Shown here in pieces: positions 50,178 through 64,000 of a DNA stretch of 64,000 nt. Source of the DNA: Botryllus schlosseri (lineage: Eukaryota). How positions within the stretch are numbered: position 1 is the stretch's first letter; each line of letters starts with the position of its first letter. Under the pieces are notes generated by a model. That model was given only the letters and a program-made list of their open reading frames with translations. It ran no database searches and was not told the DNA's origin. Where the stretch lies: contig CM119372.1 of assembly GCA_051294905.1 (NCBI GenBank), positions 35,032,001 through 35,096,000 on the forward strand, written 5' to 3'. Position numbers and translations under genes: made by a program.

Positions 50178-51700
50178 CAATGTTCGCTGAAAGCTGCGCA
50201 CGTGCGCAAATGCGCAGTGCTGAAGCGGTCCCTGCGCACAGAAAATCCAAGTTGCGCACAGAAAATCCGAAGAGATGTTTTTTTGAAGTCGTTGCGCACT
50301 GTTGTCCAAGGCACCACGCAGGCGCGCAAACTCGTGAAAAATTAGAGGGAACATTGCCAGGGGCAAATAGTGTTATCGCTGAAGTCTTACATCGAGGTAC
50401 AAGTGCGGCCAGCAAAGGTAAATACTGCACTCCGTGAAGAAATGAGACTTTGCAATCACGAGCGCCTAACGAAAAATCTTTTCTTTTAGTATGGTCTCGT
50501 ACGCGTGAGCGATACTGATATCATTTCAATAGCGCATTATTTTCCGGGAATGGCGAAATAACATGGTTTAACATAGTTATAAATAACAATGGGCGAGCTC
50601 GAAGTTAATCTGCGAGAAACTAGCGCATAGTCTTCTCCGCGTGTCATGAACATTGCGTAAGATTTCTTCAGGACCGTATCTGCCACACCCAAACCCTCTA
50701 TTAGGGGGCCGAGATCGAAAGGAGCGCAAAATTATTTCATGAATTAACATAAATCATGGTGTATTTTTTGGGAATTTTTCAAAATATTTATCGCGCCGTG
50801 CGCGAATTAATTTTGTCAAATGTCTTGACTATTGGGTACCCGTCCCTAAACAAAAAATAGGCGTGATTAGAGAAATGGGCACTTGGGCGTCGGCCATTAC
50901 CTTATGCCACGGCGCACCAAGACATAATTATGAAGTTATAGGCTATGTGACATGCGACTCTGAGAAGTGCGCCAAAACGATCAGCAGCGAAAAAAGCTTG
51001 GCCGAAAAGGACTGCCCTATATGCTGACCGAAAACTTCGATTCATGCATATAAGTTTAATTGTCCATAGGCGCGTAAATGGCTGGCGCTGAATGTTCATG
51101 TGCTGGCGATCCGAGTCCCACAACAAGACAAATGCCATGTCGAGGGAACATTATTTGCCAGTTGAGAAATACCAATTTTAAATCGTGTTCGTGTTTTAGT
51201 GTAGTACGTTTGAGCGATTTCAATGTCTTTTGACATAGCCGATAGGAGGTCACGAAATAGCATCATGTAACGAAGTCATTATACCAACGGGTGCGCCCGA
51301 AGATGTTTAATTAATATTTAGAGGACCTACCTTTTCTAACACACCTCACTTGATCAGCTTTACCTGTAAATATGATTATGTGAGCAGAGAGATGATAAAA
51401 ATGGATAGCAATAGATATATGCTATGTAATTCCCGATCATATTGACCGATTCAATCATGAATCATATAAAATTTTCGGGCTTAGCGCGTTCAGGCGAGAT
51501 AGCCACTAAGCCCCCCACCCCCCCGATGTAGATGATATCGGCAAAAAGCGCAGAGCCCGATAGGGGGTCTGGGGGATTCCGCCCCCGATAAGTTCGGTTT
51601 ATCACCTTATGTGGGGGGCTGGTTGCGCACTATTGTCCAAGGGCCTGCGCAGTGAGTTAACGTGTTTGCGCAGACTCGTGAAAAATTAGAGGGAACATTG
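50178..51700. mobile_element. Composite hAT-type element with CAATGTTC TIRs, two right ends (50356 and 51700) and a nested MITE family A copy
   Basis: caatgttcgctg ... gagggaacattg. Perfect TSD ttcatgag (50170-50177 / 51701-51708). Confidence 0.85.
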
Positions 51701-54508
51701 TTCATGAGTACAATTTAACATGATATGATGGTATATCTTATAAGTGTATGTGTGCGCAAGAGCGACCCACAATAGGTAGAAAGTTCCTGCCACTGTCCAT
51801 GTCAGGTTTGATGGACTTGTGCACAGCCAATGATCTATAAATGATTGGTAACAGCATATACTTTGTATGGTCATTAAATTGTAATGTTGTCGATGTCCTG
51901 TCCAGTTTGTCAACTCTTACAATCACAGTTGACTTGCAAGATGGTGACTTCGAAGAATGGGACGGAAGAGAAACTATTCAACAATCCCCTTCACTCAACA
52001 AATCTCCGAACTTACACATCACCATCTATTCCCCCAACAGTCGAGGTGATCATGGAAGAAGTTGGTCGAATCCGAGCATCATAACAATGTGTCATCGCAT
52101 GGGTATTACAGAAGCAGGATTTTGAACAGCTTAAATACCTCACCTCTTCATGGACTCCTAAATGCTCTGATATTAGTCGTGTCTAAATTTCAATTAGGAT
52201 GCCAACACCATGATATCATTGAGAATTTTATACAGGGTATGGATATTTCATTTACTATAACACTTGAAAACTGCATAAACAACTTTTGCTATCATGTCAT
52301 CTAAATTCAGAATAACAAGAATCAAAATCCTAGTCACCGGAAAGCATTTAATCAAGTGGATATGTAGCAAAAGAGGATTTTCATGTTTATGCAAATTACA
52401 ATATCAGATATAGCCTACCTATGCTTAAGCCATTCGATAAATGTACTGTCTGCATCTATTTTTGTTGTAATTTATGAAACTGTGCTGTGCTATTATGAAC
52501 AATCGAATAACTGTGCCTAGTAGTTGATAACGTCAATGTTTCTTGTCACGTAACAAAAATATATATTCTCAAATGTTATTTTTTCGAGCTTTCTTATCCT
52601 CTCTTAATGACAATAAGAGGACAGCAGTTGGATGGTAGAGCAGCGATCTCACATGACGTTGAACATCGGAGGGCATTCAAGCATCAAGTACCATGGCATT
52701 TGAAGACTAATATGTTTCAAGCCGTTCAGTCAGTTCATAGTCGTTCAGCAATATTATTTTTTTCTGCATCAATCGATCCAATGAGTATCAATCCAATCCG
52801 GCACCATTCGTCAAAGTATTATTCATTTTGACTGCAATCTTTGGAAATATCTCAATGTCTGAAGCAAAGTGGAACATGACATGGTTGTTTCTCATGGGCG
52901 GTCTGGCGTGCCGATATCCCATAAGATAATGATTTGCACTTTTATTAAGATCCCTGAATCCTTTTCAATTTCCTCGCGGCTGTGGGTTGCTTTGCGGCTG
53001 TTTCAATACACGAACAATCTTTTCTTGAAAGTTTGAATGGACTATAATTTATAAGAAATGTTAACGATCCTGTAAAAAAATTATGCATTAGACATTTACA
53101 GAATGGGAATTTCTTATGTCACAGTTTTGCCAGTCAACTACAATTGATATCAAGGTATTTATTCAACCCGTCAAGTATTTTCCGTACTGCCGCATATGCA
53201 ATATATATGAGCAATATGCATATTCAAGAGAGAGATTTTGCATTGAATGATTGTGGCGTTACATTGCTGGAAAAATAACCTGGTATTTGAGGCAGCAGCA
53301 CATACAATGCAAGTTGATGCTCATGCTCAGGTCATAAAGCGTGATGCAAATGGCGAAAAGTTATGAAGGTTATACAAAAAAACCATAGACGTACACACTA
53401 TACAATGACGAAGGTTACAAAATCATTTCCTAACCTTTCAATGAATAAGACACCATGGAACAGGGGTCACCAACACGCGGCCTGCGAGGTCATATTTTGC
53501 GGCCCTCGACCTGATTTTGAAATTTCGGAAGAACGCTTGGTAAAGCATTTTGAAATGCAGAAATTGATTTCAGTTTAAACATATTGTTGTTGTTGTTCAA
53601 AGTAAGCTATTCTCCAGTTCCCAATATCACTATTCGTCACTAGCTGATACGGCTTCGGCAATGGTAATATCATTCCATGGAGAAAGAATTTGCCGATATG
53701 AATGGGCATATTTGCCTTGACTTGCCAAGACCGAGACGCTTAGAAAACGACTTCGGGCTCCCCAAAACACCAAGCTTTACGAGGAGATAGTTTTCCAGGA
53801 AGTAGCATGTCTAGCTAACCCCAATATCGATTCTTTAGTCCAGGGGTGGCCAATCTGCGACAGTAGAAGGGAAATTATGCGGCCTTCGACACTCATGTCG
53901 ATTAGGATGTGTTGGCGGCCGTCAATAGGCAAATTAAATTTACGAATTGACTCCCTAATTAGTGAGAGGTTTGAATTATTCTTTAAAGTTTCTTCGCGCT
54001 CGGCGCGGTCCAATGCGAGCGGATTTTCGACTTTAATATAGTAGTGTCCTTTGTAATCTAATCCGCACAGTACAGATGCGAACAGCATAGGAAATTGATG
54101 CGCCCCATGAAGAAATACCAATTTATAATCGTGTGTTTGGGAAAATCCAACATATTTCCACTATACTCACAATCCTGGAGGGATGTCAAGAAATAACAAC
54201 ATGCAACAAAGAGGACTAGGCTAATAAAAATTGGCCAACTCAAAGATGCAGCACAGTATTATAACTTCCCTGAATTTTCGAAGACACCCCCTGCATCCAC
54301 TCTAGCGGTGAATTTGAGCAAATGGGCTTACAAAGGATAAATATTTGATAGTAATATGTGAAACTATACTTGTATTAATGACGAAATTCACTCAAGAATA
54401 TAAAAACATTTTAGCGCTTCGCGCGACTAGACAACTAATGCCTGTGCTTATTCATAACATAACTACTCACGATTTGGGTGCGCATAGTAAGCCGATATAA
54501 GTAAATAG

Positions 54509-55446
54509 TAGGGATGGTGTGAACCTCTGAAAGGTTCAGGTTCGTGTGAACGTGAACCTTTTTGAAAGGTTCTGTGTGAACACGAACGTGAACCTCATGA
54601 CGTCACGTGACGTCATATTGCTAATTTAAACCCCATATTTCAATTAGGTGATTGCCTACTGTACACGATACCGAGCGACGACTCGAGGCCACATAATAGC
54701 TCAGTACTCAAGTACATATTGAAGTTTGAAACGTTGGCAAATGTATCAACTGGGGTAAATAAATGATATAATAATCCCATAAAGTCAGTATCTTGCGTCG
54801 CTTTGCCAACAATTTCGACCTGGTCGGACAATGTATTCGGCGTCTGAGTATTGCCACATGGATATTTAGCAGAGTGTAAAATGGGTTTCTATTCTTGCTA
54901 CCGATTAACAAGTTATACAGCAGTATAGCCAACACCCCAGTCACACGGATTTGGTTTTTATGATACAGTATACATATGTAGTCAAGATTGACCCCGTACG
55001 GCTGCTAGATTTTTACAGCAGAAGACGATATCAATCTCATTGATTGGTTGAATAAGGATCATTTGTTGACAAAACACAATGTATTTCGCTCTTGATGTCA
55101 TGTGATTGCGGCTCAAGCTCACAGCACAAAGACACTAAATATGCGCAAACGGAAAGCTGGAGTATTCTAGCAAACATTTGAAACAATACAAGTAAATTTT
55201 TGAGATTGTCAAGGGCATGCTCGTTTAGTGTTGAATGTTTATGTTGCCAGCTCCATGCATAGAGTGGCCCGCAGTTGAAAGTCAATAAAGTTGAACCAAA
55301 TATGTTACAATGAAGTGAAAATTGCAATATATGAAAAAGGTTCACAGTGCAGAACCTACCAAGGTTCTGTTGTGAACGCGAACCTCAAATTTGCCGAGGT
55401 TCACACACAGAACACGAACGTGAACCTCACGTTCACACCATCCCTA
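54509..55446. mobile_element. hAT-type MITE with TAGGGATGGTGTGAAC TIRs
   Basis: Perfect TSD gtaaatag (54501-54508 / 55447-55454) and GTGAAC subterminal repeats. Confidence 0.9.
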
Positions 55447-55787
55447 GTAAATAGATTAGTCCGGAGTTTACCGGCAATGGACATGGGCAGTTTAACGTGG
55501 GTATTTGGCCTCCAGTAGTTCATTACGACTATGACTAGAATGCGGCCGTAGCCAACACAAGTAATCGAAATGCGGTCGTGAATAGCAAAAAGGTTGGCCA
55601 CATCTTCTATGTATAGTTGCAGACGAGTGTTGTCAGGTATCGTGCGAAGCTCATATAGCTCAAAATAGAATGAAAGCAATGATCATCATTTATTTGTTGT
55701 AGGCTATTTGTATGTCGTCAATAAAAATATTATTCCTTTTGCGGGAACTATGCCCGTCGCCCATGTTAGAGAGAACAGCGTTGTAAT

Positions 55788-56280
55788 TAGGGCTGGGCAA
55801 AATCGAGTACCTGGGTGATTCGAATCTGAATTCGAGTCGAGTCGAGTATTCGAGTATCACTCATCATGACGTCACGACAGAATGTACTAAGTCAAATTTC
55901 AAATTTGTACTTTTTATGCCACCACAAAGAATATAATGCCTTTTAACCCTCACATTAAAGATACTTTGGTAGTTTTTCGACCATACTGATTTCATTGCAC
56001 TTCTTGACAATGTTGTGGGATGATCATAACTTCAGAAATGTATTGTTTCCGGGAACGTGCGTAGCTTTGTACTATGTTTGGTATGCTCCGACACGGCCAA
56101 TCAAAGTTTCCAGGCTTCTTCGGTGGAAAATAGTACCAAAAGTATAATTCTCGTTAGTAAATTAACTTTCAGTTGCGACCAGCGTATAATTTCAGTACTC
56201 GAAAAAATCATATTTTACTACTCGACTCGAATCATTACTCGATTCAGATTCGAGTACTCGAATCATTGTGCCCAGCCCTA
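55788..56280. mobile_element. hAT-type MITE with TAGGGCTGGGCA TIRs
   Basis: Perfect TSD gttgtaat (55780-55787 / 56281-56288). An inverted second copy lies at 61717-62229. Confidence 0.9.
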
Positions 56281-57766
56281 GTTGTAATGACGTAGAGTTA
56301 TCATGACGTGGCTGTTAAACTATGCATTTCCTATTTTATCTCGACATTGAAGACATGCGGCCCGCGGGTTTTACAAATTTTGTAAAGTGGCCCGCGACCC
56401 CATTTGAGTTGGCGACCCCTGCCATAGAATGTTGCTCGCAAATGCATAAATCATCTATTTTGTACAATCCTTATAGCTATCAATCTTAACGAGTACTCCA
56501 TGCTAATTTTCAAGGTTTACAGGCAATTCATGGGGAACACTTCACAACGGGTAGTTCATATCAAAGAAGTGACAAAACGTTTACCAGGTATATTTTGAAT
56601 AAATGGGCATTGGTAGACGCTTTCGGACACCCCGGTGTGAAAGATTCAACTATTGAGAGTAGTACGACATATCACGCCAGGTCGATGTGCACAATACCAA
56701 CTATGGAGTGATTATCCTCAATGTCATTCTAGTGCATTGTTTTGCCGATGGAATATTGTTTGGAACAATGCCGATTCTCATCATTCATGTGGAATATGGA
56801 TTGAACGGCCTGACCCGGTAAAAAGTTATATCTGTTAGCATTTTACCAATCAGTACAATGTTAGTTTCCGGTTAGTTCCGATTTTATATTATATTATGAA
56901 GGTACAATCGCTATACTGGTACTATGGTTGCCAGTGAACTCGGCCCTACAGTATTACAACATATACTATATAAAACAACTTAGTTGCTCGCACAATTATC
57001 GTAATCAACCCTTCTCTTTCAAAAAATCAGGTGACATAAATGCTGCCAGAATATTTTAAAATCCTCTTTTAAGAATCCTTCTAGGTTCTGCACATCTATA
57101 TTGACGCTCACTCACAGTATCTATTAATTTTTTGGCTGTGTCGTACATGCATGGTTGCTACCGATGCTAAAATACCTCACAGCTAGTCGGTACTTTGATA
57201 AATGTGCATTGTTAAAAGTTATATTAGATCCTGGTATGCAGCACAGCCTCACTATGCACAAGAATCCAACAAAAACTAAACCAATCGGGGAAAAGCAGTT
57301 AATTAGTACCCCAGAAAGGTCGATTGCAGCACTCCCCCACAGTCGACATACGCAATTTCGTAACTCTACTCAAGCATATCCCGCGAACTACTGATTTCGC
57401 CGGGAATCTATCTTATAGCGTTAAGGGGCGTGGCAGTTTCCAATCATTGTATATATATCATTGGTTTTTATAGACAATATCCCAACTGGCGTTTACAATA
57501 TAAACGGATCACCGAGTCTTGGTTGGGAGTAGAGCTGGTTGTGTACCGAAATTACTAATGAGCAGATGTGGCCAATAACCATGTAATATTTCCGAGAAAA
57601 ACAAGTCAATAACTAGGTACTTTTCACAAACGCCTACTTCCTATCTGAAGAGGTCAAAGGTTATCACGAACCTTGCAAAGGTTTCCCAACTTATTTTCAT
57701 GATAATGTTTAAGATTGCTTCCTTCCACCTTCACTTGGCACCTTTATTCCTCTTTGTGGGGGAAAT

Positions 57767-57966
57767 TGTTATAAGTCGACGGGAGAGGCCTTGTATCGCG
57801 ATAAGGGAAGAGGTTTCCGATAATTGCACCTATTTGTATTGTCGTTGGTTATTATGCGTTACTGGAGAACATGTACGATGTACATTGTGTTTGGTGAAGT
57901 GACCACCTCCAATAAACTGCTAAAAATATGTGATACATATAACGAATCTACGTTTCTCAACTAACA
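57767..57966 (+). mobile_element. Possible short solo LTR
   Basis: TGTTA...TAACA termini and an internal AATAAA (57911). No matching TSD. Confidence 0.25.
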
Positions 57967-58972
57967 ATTTGAGTACTTTTTTGTGTCCATTTTATGCTTC
58001 TGCTTGAGGCAGTTTTGACGAATCTTTCAAATCGCTATTTGTACTTGTAATTAGGTTGAAATTTACGGGCTTGCTCAACTTCATCTTGAATAGCAAGGCT
58101 GACTAATTTGATCACCTATGGCATATGCGAAACGTGACAGTGCTGACGTAGCCTAATATGCTGTAGCGGATGATTGATCCGCTCAAGAATCAATTTCTGT
58201 GGAGGAGGTCATGAAAAAGAGTCTTGCGCATGGGTATTCTCCGTTAGTGTTCTCTAGGTTTTCGTGTTGGCACTTCCTGGAGTGTTGAGTAAGAGACCTT
58301 TTGCTACCTGTCAACTGGATATAAAATTACGTTTGGCAAATGCTAATCATAGTATCGAAGCATATATGTAGTGCTAACGAATGACGTAGGGCACCTTTGC
58401 CGAATACTTGCCGGAAACCGTTTAACAATGTACTGTACAGGATGTAGATGTCTTTCATTTGTAAGTACTTGATTCGATGTGAGTTTTTTCCAACACAATT
58501 AAGCGGTCATTCCATGCACATGCAAATACATGCCTGCGCTCGTTTAAGACTGCCGTGTCGTATATAAATTAGTACAGGCCCATAAATAATACCAGTTATT
58601 GTATAACCTTATTGTAAAAGGCGAAGGCTACGTTAATACACAGGCGTTGCTGGTTTGTTTAGTGAGAAGAGGTCTAACCTTTTTCTTCTTTATACAATCA
58701 AATCGTTTGTCGTAAGATGAAGGATGAAGGCAAGGTCGTCAGGCATAGGTCGTTGCCTGTTTTGGTAAACATACTCTATATAGGTTATTGACAATAACTT
58801 TAATGGTAACATAGTGACATACGTTTAATACAGTGGTCTTAACCAGTGTTCCACGAAACACTAGGGGTCCTCGAGCCAGTTCTAGAGGTTCCGCGGTCTT
58901 TAAGAGACACGGTCAACTAATCCATATGATTTGTGATGATACGCCGGTCTTGGCCCTCATTGGTTATATAGG

Positions 58973-60153
58973 CAGGGCCGTAACAGCACTTCGTCAGGCG
59001 TTGGTAGGTATTGGTCCCCCCATAAGATGATAAACCGAACTTTCCCTCTCATGATATACACTCTTTGCCGCTACTTATCATGTACATTGAGGGCCGTTTA
59101 CTCTTCCAACTCTTCTAGCCTAAACGCGCGAAGTGCAAAATTTTTCTGTACTTCACGATTGAATCGGTCAATATGATCAGGAATTGCATATATATTACTA
59201 TGAATTTCTATCCACTCGCTGCTTACGTAATCGGATTTACAGGTAGAGCTGAGTGAGGTGTGTTTGAAAAGGTAGGACCCCTCAATAATAATTTAAAATC
59301 TTGGGTCGTATACCCGTTGACAGGAATGAAACAGCAGTTCGTCAGCCCCCCCCCCCCAAACAAAATTGGGTCTTGGGCTCCCATAGGGTGATAAACCTAC
59401 CCCCAATCACGTTGTTCGCTTTTGCCACGAAATTTGTCGTACTGTTTAGTGAGCCAGCTGAAGGCGTGAAAATTTTCGATAGTTCGTGATAAAATCGGTC
59501 AATAAGATCAAGAATTGCATATATATTGCTATTGATTTCTTGTCATCTCTGCTCACGCAATCTGATTTACCGGTAGAGCTGAGTGAGGTGTCTTTGAAAC
59601 TGTAGGCCCCGTTGGTATGACTCCGTAACATGATGTTGTTTCGTGATTTCCTGTCAGCTATATCAAAAAATATAGAATCGCCCAAACGTAGGCTACTCAA
59701 CCGAAAGACGCACACGATTTTTAATTGGTATTTCTTCACTGGCATATAATTTATCCCTGCGGGATTGTATTTGTTATGTGAGGTTCAGATTAACAAGACA
59801 GGAATATTCGGCGCAAGTCATCAAGGCGCCTATGGACAATTAAGCCTATCTGTATTTTGTATATATAACGAAGTTTTCGGTCAGCATAAGCGCAGTCCTT
59901 TTCGGACAAGGTTTTCTCGCTGCCGATCGTTCTGGTACACTTCTTGGAGTCGCATGTTATATGACCTAAAACTATATATGTCTTGGTGCATCGTGGCGCG
60001 GTAATGGCCAACGCCGAAATGCCCATTTCTATATATCTTGCGTATTTTTCTGGGGGGTAGAGTACCCATAAATCAAAAAAAAATTGGCAACCTAAAATCG
60101 CGACTAGCGCGAAAAAAAAATGGAGGGTTTAGGGTGCGGCAGTTGCGGTCCTG
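58973..60153 (-). mobile_element. MITE family A with a duplicated 3' portion
   Basis: cagggccgtaacagcac ... cagttgcggtcctg. TSD tatatagg / tctatagg (7/8). Confidence 0.8.
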
Positions 60154-61495
60154 TCTATAGGTAGTCATGCCCGATCAGTATAGTCAAATTGAGACTTTTG
60201 TGGTGGTACGTCATGAGCAGTGCCGCACCCAACCGAACAATACGACGACAGAAGAATTTGTTGATATGAATTGGCATATTGCCCTGACGTGCAATGGCCA
60301 ACCAATGCAAAGACCATGCAGACGCATAGAAAACGACTTCGGGATCCCCAAGAGATCAAGCTCTACCAGAAAATAGTTTTCGAGCAAGTATCGTATCTAG
60401 CTAACCGCAATATCAATTCTTTAGTCCAGTGTGGCCAATATACAGAAGCAGAAGAATAATTATACGCCCGTCGACACTAATTTCGATTGGGATGTTTTGC
60501 CGGCCGTAAATATACATATTGAATTTTCGAAATGACTCCCTAAGTAATGAGAGGTTTGAATTATTCTTGTCGTTTTCTTCTCGCTACGCGCGGTTCAATG
60601 CGAGCTGATTTTCAATTTTAATAAAGTAGTATCCTTTTCAATCGGAGCCCCACAGTACATATGCGAACAACACAGGAAAATGATGCGCCCGATAAAGAAA
60701 TACCAATTTGTATTCGTGTTCTCCTCATCACGAAGGAAATTTGTTTCTGTTAGGCCTACGTTTGGGCGAATCCAATATCATTTCACTGTACCGACGATCC
60801 TGATGGGATATCAAGAAATAACAGCATGCATCAAACGTGAATACCAACAATTGCCCCACCAAAAGACGCAGCACAGCATTATTACGTCCCTAAATTTCCA
60901 AAGACACCACCTGCATCAACTCTACCGATATAGGGCATGATGTAAGAGTTGCATGAATTGATTTTATCATTGGATTGAATTGTGTGACATCGGAACTTCA
61001 GTACGTACAAGTCATAGGCGCAGCGTGAGAATTAGAATAAAAGTGCACCACACGGAACTAGTCATGTTCTATTTGTATGTCGGGAACGCTCTTGACAATA
61101 GTCGCTATGCACTTTGAAAATGTATAGAGGTCAGAAATAGCAGAACTAATCAATGAAATTTAATCACTGCTGATGTTGAAACAATCGGACGACGTTTTGA
61201 TGAAATCGGTAAACAAGGAGACGTAATGAAGTAACGATCTTTGATCGATATCTTGCGACTATTGACTAGTGTCTGTATCTTTAATCATCATGCGAGGGTT
61301 CGATTTTGTAAATCTCTATATTTGGCAGGTTGATGATATGTATTTATGGATAGCATTGACGGATAGCCAATGTAGTAACGCTAAAGCTGCTGTTGCTTAA
61401 TGCAACGTAGTATGCCGCAAGCTCATCTTAGAGATTTTGTCGCCTGAATCTATCGTAAATATAAGATCCACATTCATGAATTACGTGACTTGCAC

Positions 61496-63347
61496 CAATG
61501 ACGTGGGGTCTGGGGAGGCAAGTGACGCAGGGCCTCACCTGTAGCCAGGATGACTAAATTAAAAATGTGAAAACCTTCCTTGGGTATTGATATTTACCGT
61601 CGATGTACATGAAAAACTATTTTTTCAGCCAACATCATTACTTTCCATATTTATTGTTAAAAAATATTGCGTGAATGGAGAGGCAAGGCCTAGGTGAGGC
61701 ACGCGGGGGTCGTGCCTAAGACTGGGCAAAATGATTCTTCGAGTACTCGAATTTGAATCGAGTATTGATTTCAATGATTCGAGTCGAGTAGCAAAATACG
61801 ATTTTTCCGAGTACTAAAATTATACGCTTCTTTCATCTGAAAGTTAATTTACTACCGAGAGTTATAGTTTTGATATCATTTTTCACTGAGGAAGCCTTGA
61901 AACCTTGACTGGCCGTATCGCACCATACGAGACATAGTACCAAGCTACGAACGTTAATGGACATAACACATTTCCGGAGTCATGATCGTCCCACAACATT
62001 GTCAAGAAGTGCAATAAAATCAATATGGTCGAAAAAATACCAATATATATTTAATGTGACGAATGACAGGCATTTTGTACTTTGTGATGGCATAAAAGGT
62101 ACATATTTAAACTTTGACATAGTACATTATGTTCTGTCGTTATAATGAGTGATATTCGAATACTCGAGTCGAAGCGTAATACATGATTCAAAATCGAATC
62201 ACTCAGGTAATCGATTTTGCCCAGCCCAAGTCGTGCCGTACGCGTGACAATACAATTCATGACAAGCAGGTCAAAATTCGTAATAGCTTGTATCAATCAA
62301 ATGCTAATATCACGGAGATTTCGAAAATACGGATATTGACAATCGTAGAGCACTGGAATTCGTCAAAATTGCCAAGGAATGTGAAATTCGGATTTATTAC
62401 ATACAATGTCAGCGCAGAGAAACAATAGTCAGGTGAAGCACAGTCAAATATGCCTCACTCACTATTCGCTTACAATCGAACAATCGTAGCTCACTGCAAA
62501 GCCTATCGATTTCCGAAACCGACAGTACGGTACTGTATCAATTGTGTAGTAGCGACGGCCAATACTTTATGCTGAGCAAATACATTCCTTTACTGATGTA
62601 GCTGTTATGTATTTTCCATCAATACCTACCTTAAGTTGTTGTATGTGATAGCTACTCACATAGCCTGCGTTGTCGTAGTTTGTTGCCTTTACAGTGTTTT
62701 CAACCGCAATAGTCATTTACAATAGGTCGATATCCCATGCTAAGAAGCCATATCTGCCGACTTGTAGCACGGCCCACTTCTAGGCTTTCGTAAGATAACG
62801 CTTACAGGGATCAGACAGCGATGAGCAGCTTAGTTATAGCCGGTGTGCCAAGATGGCTAATGCGATAAGAAACAGGTCGCCAACTCAATCGGCTAACTTT
62901 GTAGATGTGATATATTTGCGAATCTTATTCTAAGAATATCTGCTTTCCCAAGCATGAATCCAACCCTGATTTTCCACAGTCTGAAAGATATTTTTAACCA
63001 TTTAAGTTCAATCTTAGTAGCTGACAAATTAAGTTTAGCTGATACAGTGTCAGGCAAATGACATTACAGAACATAAACCAGAAATTAGAACATTACCGTT
63101 TTTTCTTTCATCCTTTTCGTTGAGAATTCCGTATTAAATAATTGTATATTTCGCGAACGGAAAAATTGAATTGTTGAATTGCAACAGTCAACCGTGTTCG
63201 GAGAAAATGGTCTCGCTTACGCGCTTTCTCGTGATGCTGTTGTTATTATTCACTTCTCTGTGTATCAACATCAGGTACTTTTCATGTTTGCGTTGTTGGA
63301 GGGGGGGTTAGTGCCTCACCAGCCATGAACCTCATCGCACGTCACTG
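61496..63347. mobile_element. hAT-type element (CA(G/A)TGACGTG TIRs) containing MITE 61717-62229 and a SINE fragment (~62740-62830, -)
   Basis: caatgacgtg ... cacgtcactg with TSD acttgcac / ccttgcac. The inner MITE has perfect TSD gtcgtgcc (61709-61716 / 62230-62237). Confidence 0.75.
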
Positions 63348-64000
63348 CCTTGCACTATCGCGCGCCACTTCATTGCAATTTCAGATGTCATTCTTTATTT
63401 GTAGGAGATCGTGGATAAAAAAAAAACAATAATTGTATGTTTCAAACAAGGACATGTTTTCAATATTTTTACTTTGAATTGATTTTTACTTCAAATCCAG
63501 CCGTAACGCCATCGCACTTTCATCGTTTTCGTTGTACGTACCATGCGTTTAAAGGAGTCCACGTAACTTGCGGCTAATATGTGCCACCGAATATTTAGTC
63601 AATCCATTGTTTGATTGATTGTTTGGTTATTTAAAAATATCGATGTCGCATAACAAGGATCATTTGCGTATAGCGTTGGTGACGACGCAACTTTGACTTT
63701 GAAGACCCAAGCCAAAATGCGCATGATCATATGTTTAATGCTACCATGACCAAGTTTGCTGTTCTTTTTATTAATATTGTAGTTTAATGTTGATAGTGCG
63801 CTGAGTCATTTTACTGCACTTAATGAAGAATTTTTTTTTTATGGATCCGGATCTGTCGACTTATTGCATGGTATCCCTTATTGCAGTTTTAAGACACCGC
63901 ATATTTATTGGGATAGGATGGCAAAGAGAAGCTTTCAAGCATTGCAAGGTTTTGTGTGGAGTATTAGAATAATAATATGTCAATAAATCGTTTCGATTGC

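Larger units (their letters stand above)
53461..56421. mobile_element. hAT-type MITE hosting at least three nested elements
   Basis: caggggtcaccaac ... gttggcgacccctg. TSD ccatggaa / ccatagaa (7/8). Confidence 0.78.

Noticed and set aside
51700..53100. Possible decayed coding sequence
   Set aside because: Only short interrupted frames are present, with no family motif I can recognise.

Overview
This is AT-rich, intron-containing animal genomic DNA, not prokaryotic. The short introns and gene styles suggest an invertebrate chordate such as an ascidian, but that is inference. A 100-N scaffold gap lies at 10012-10111. Genes I can support from the sequence: (1) a multi-exon + strand gene whose largest exon encodes a ZU5/UPA-like module with an HFS autoproteolysis-type motif (2582-5553); (2) an intact two-exon Bcl-2-family (Mcl-1-like) gene on - (17726-18508); (3) the first four coding exons of a choline-acetyltransferase-like gene on - (23131-24458), whose remainder cannot be found; (4) an intronless class A GPCR broken by one in-frame TGA (38712-40109, -); (5) a decayed fibulin/hemicentin-like 3' end (about 44060-48000, +) split by a hAT-type MITE. 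The most striking structure is a near-perfect ~8 kb palindrome (arms 10113-14069 and 14114-18072, 44-nt spacer). It duplicates the 3' part of the Bcl-2 gene and a triple STAT/GAS-motif cluster, and it may be real or a contig-end fold-back artefact. The rest is dominated by nested non-autonomous hAT-type DNA transposons with readable 8-bp TSDs, tRNA-derived SINEs, hAT and Harbinger transposase relics, and possible Polinton fragments. No CRISPR, rRNA or genuine tRNA genes were found.
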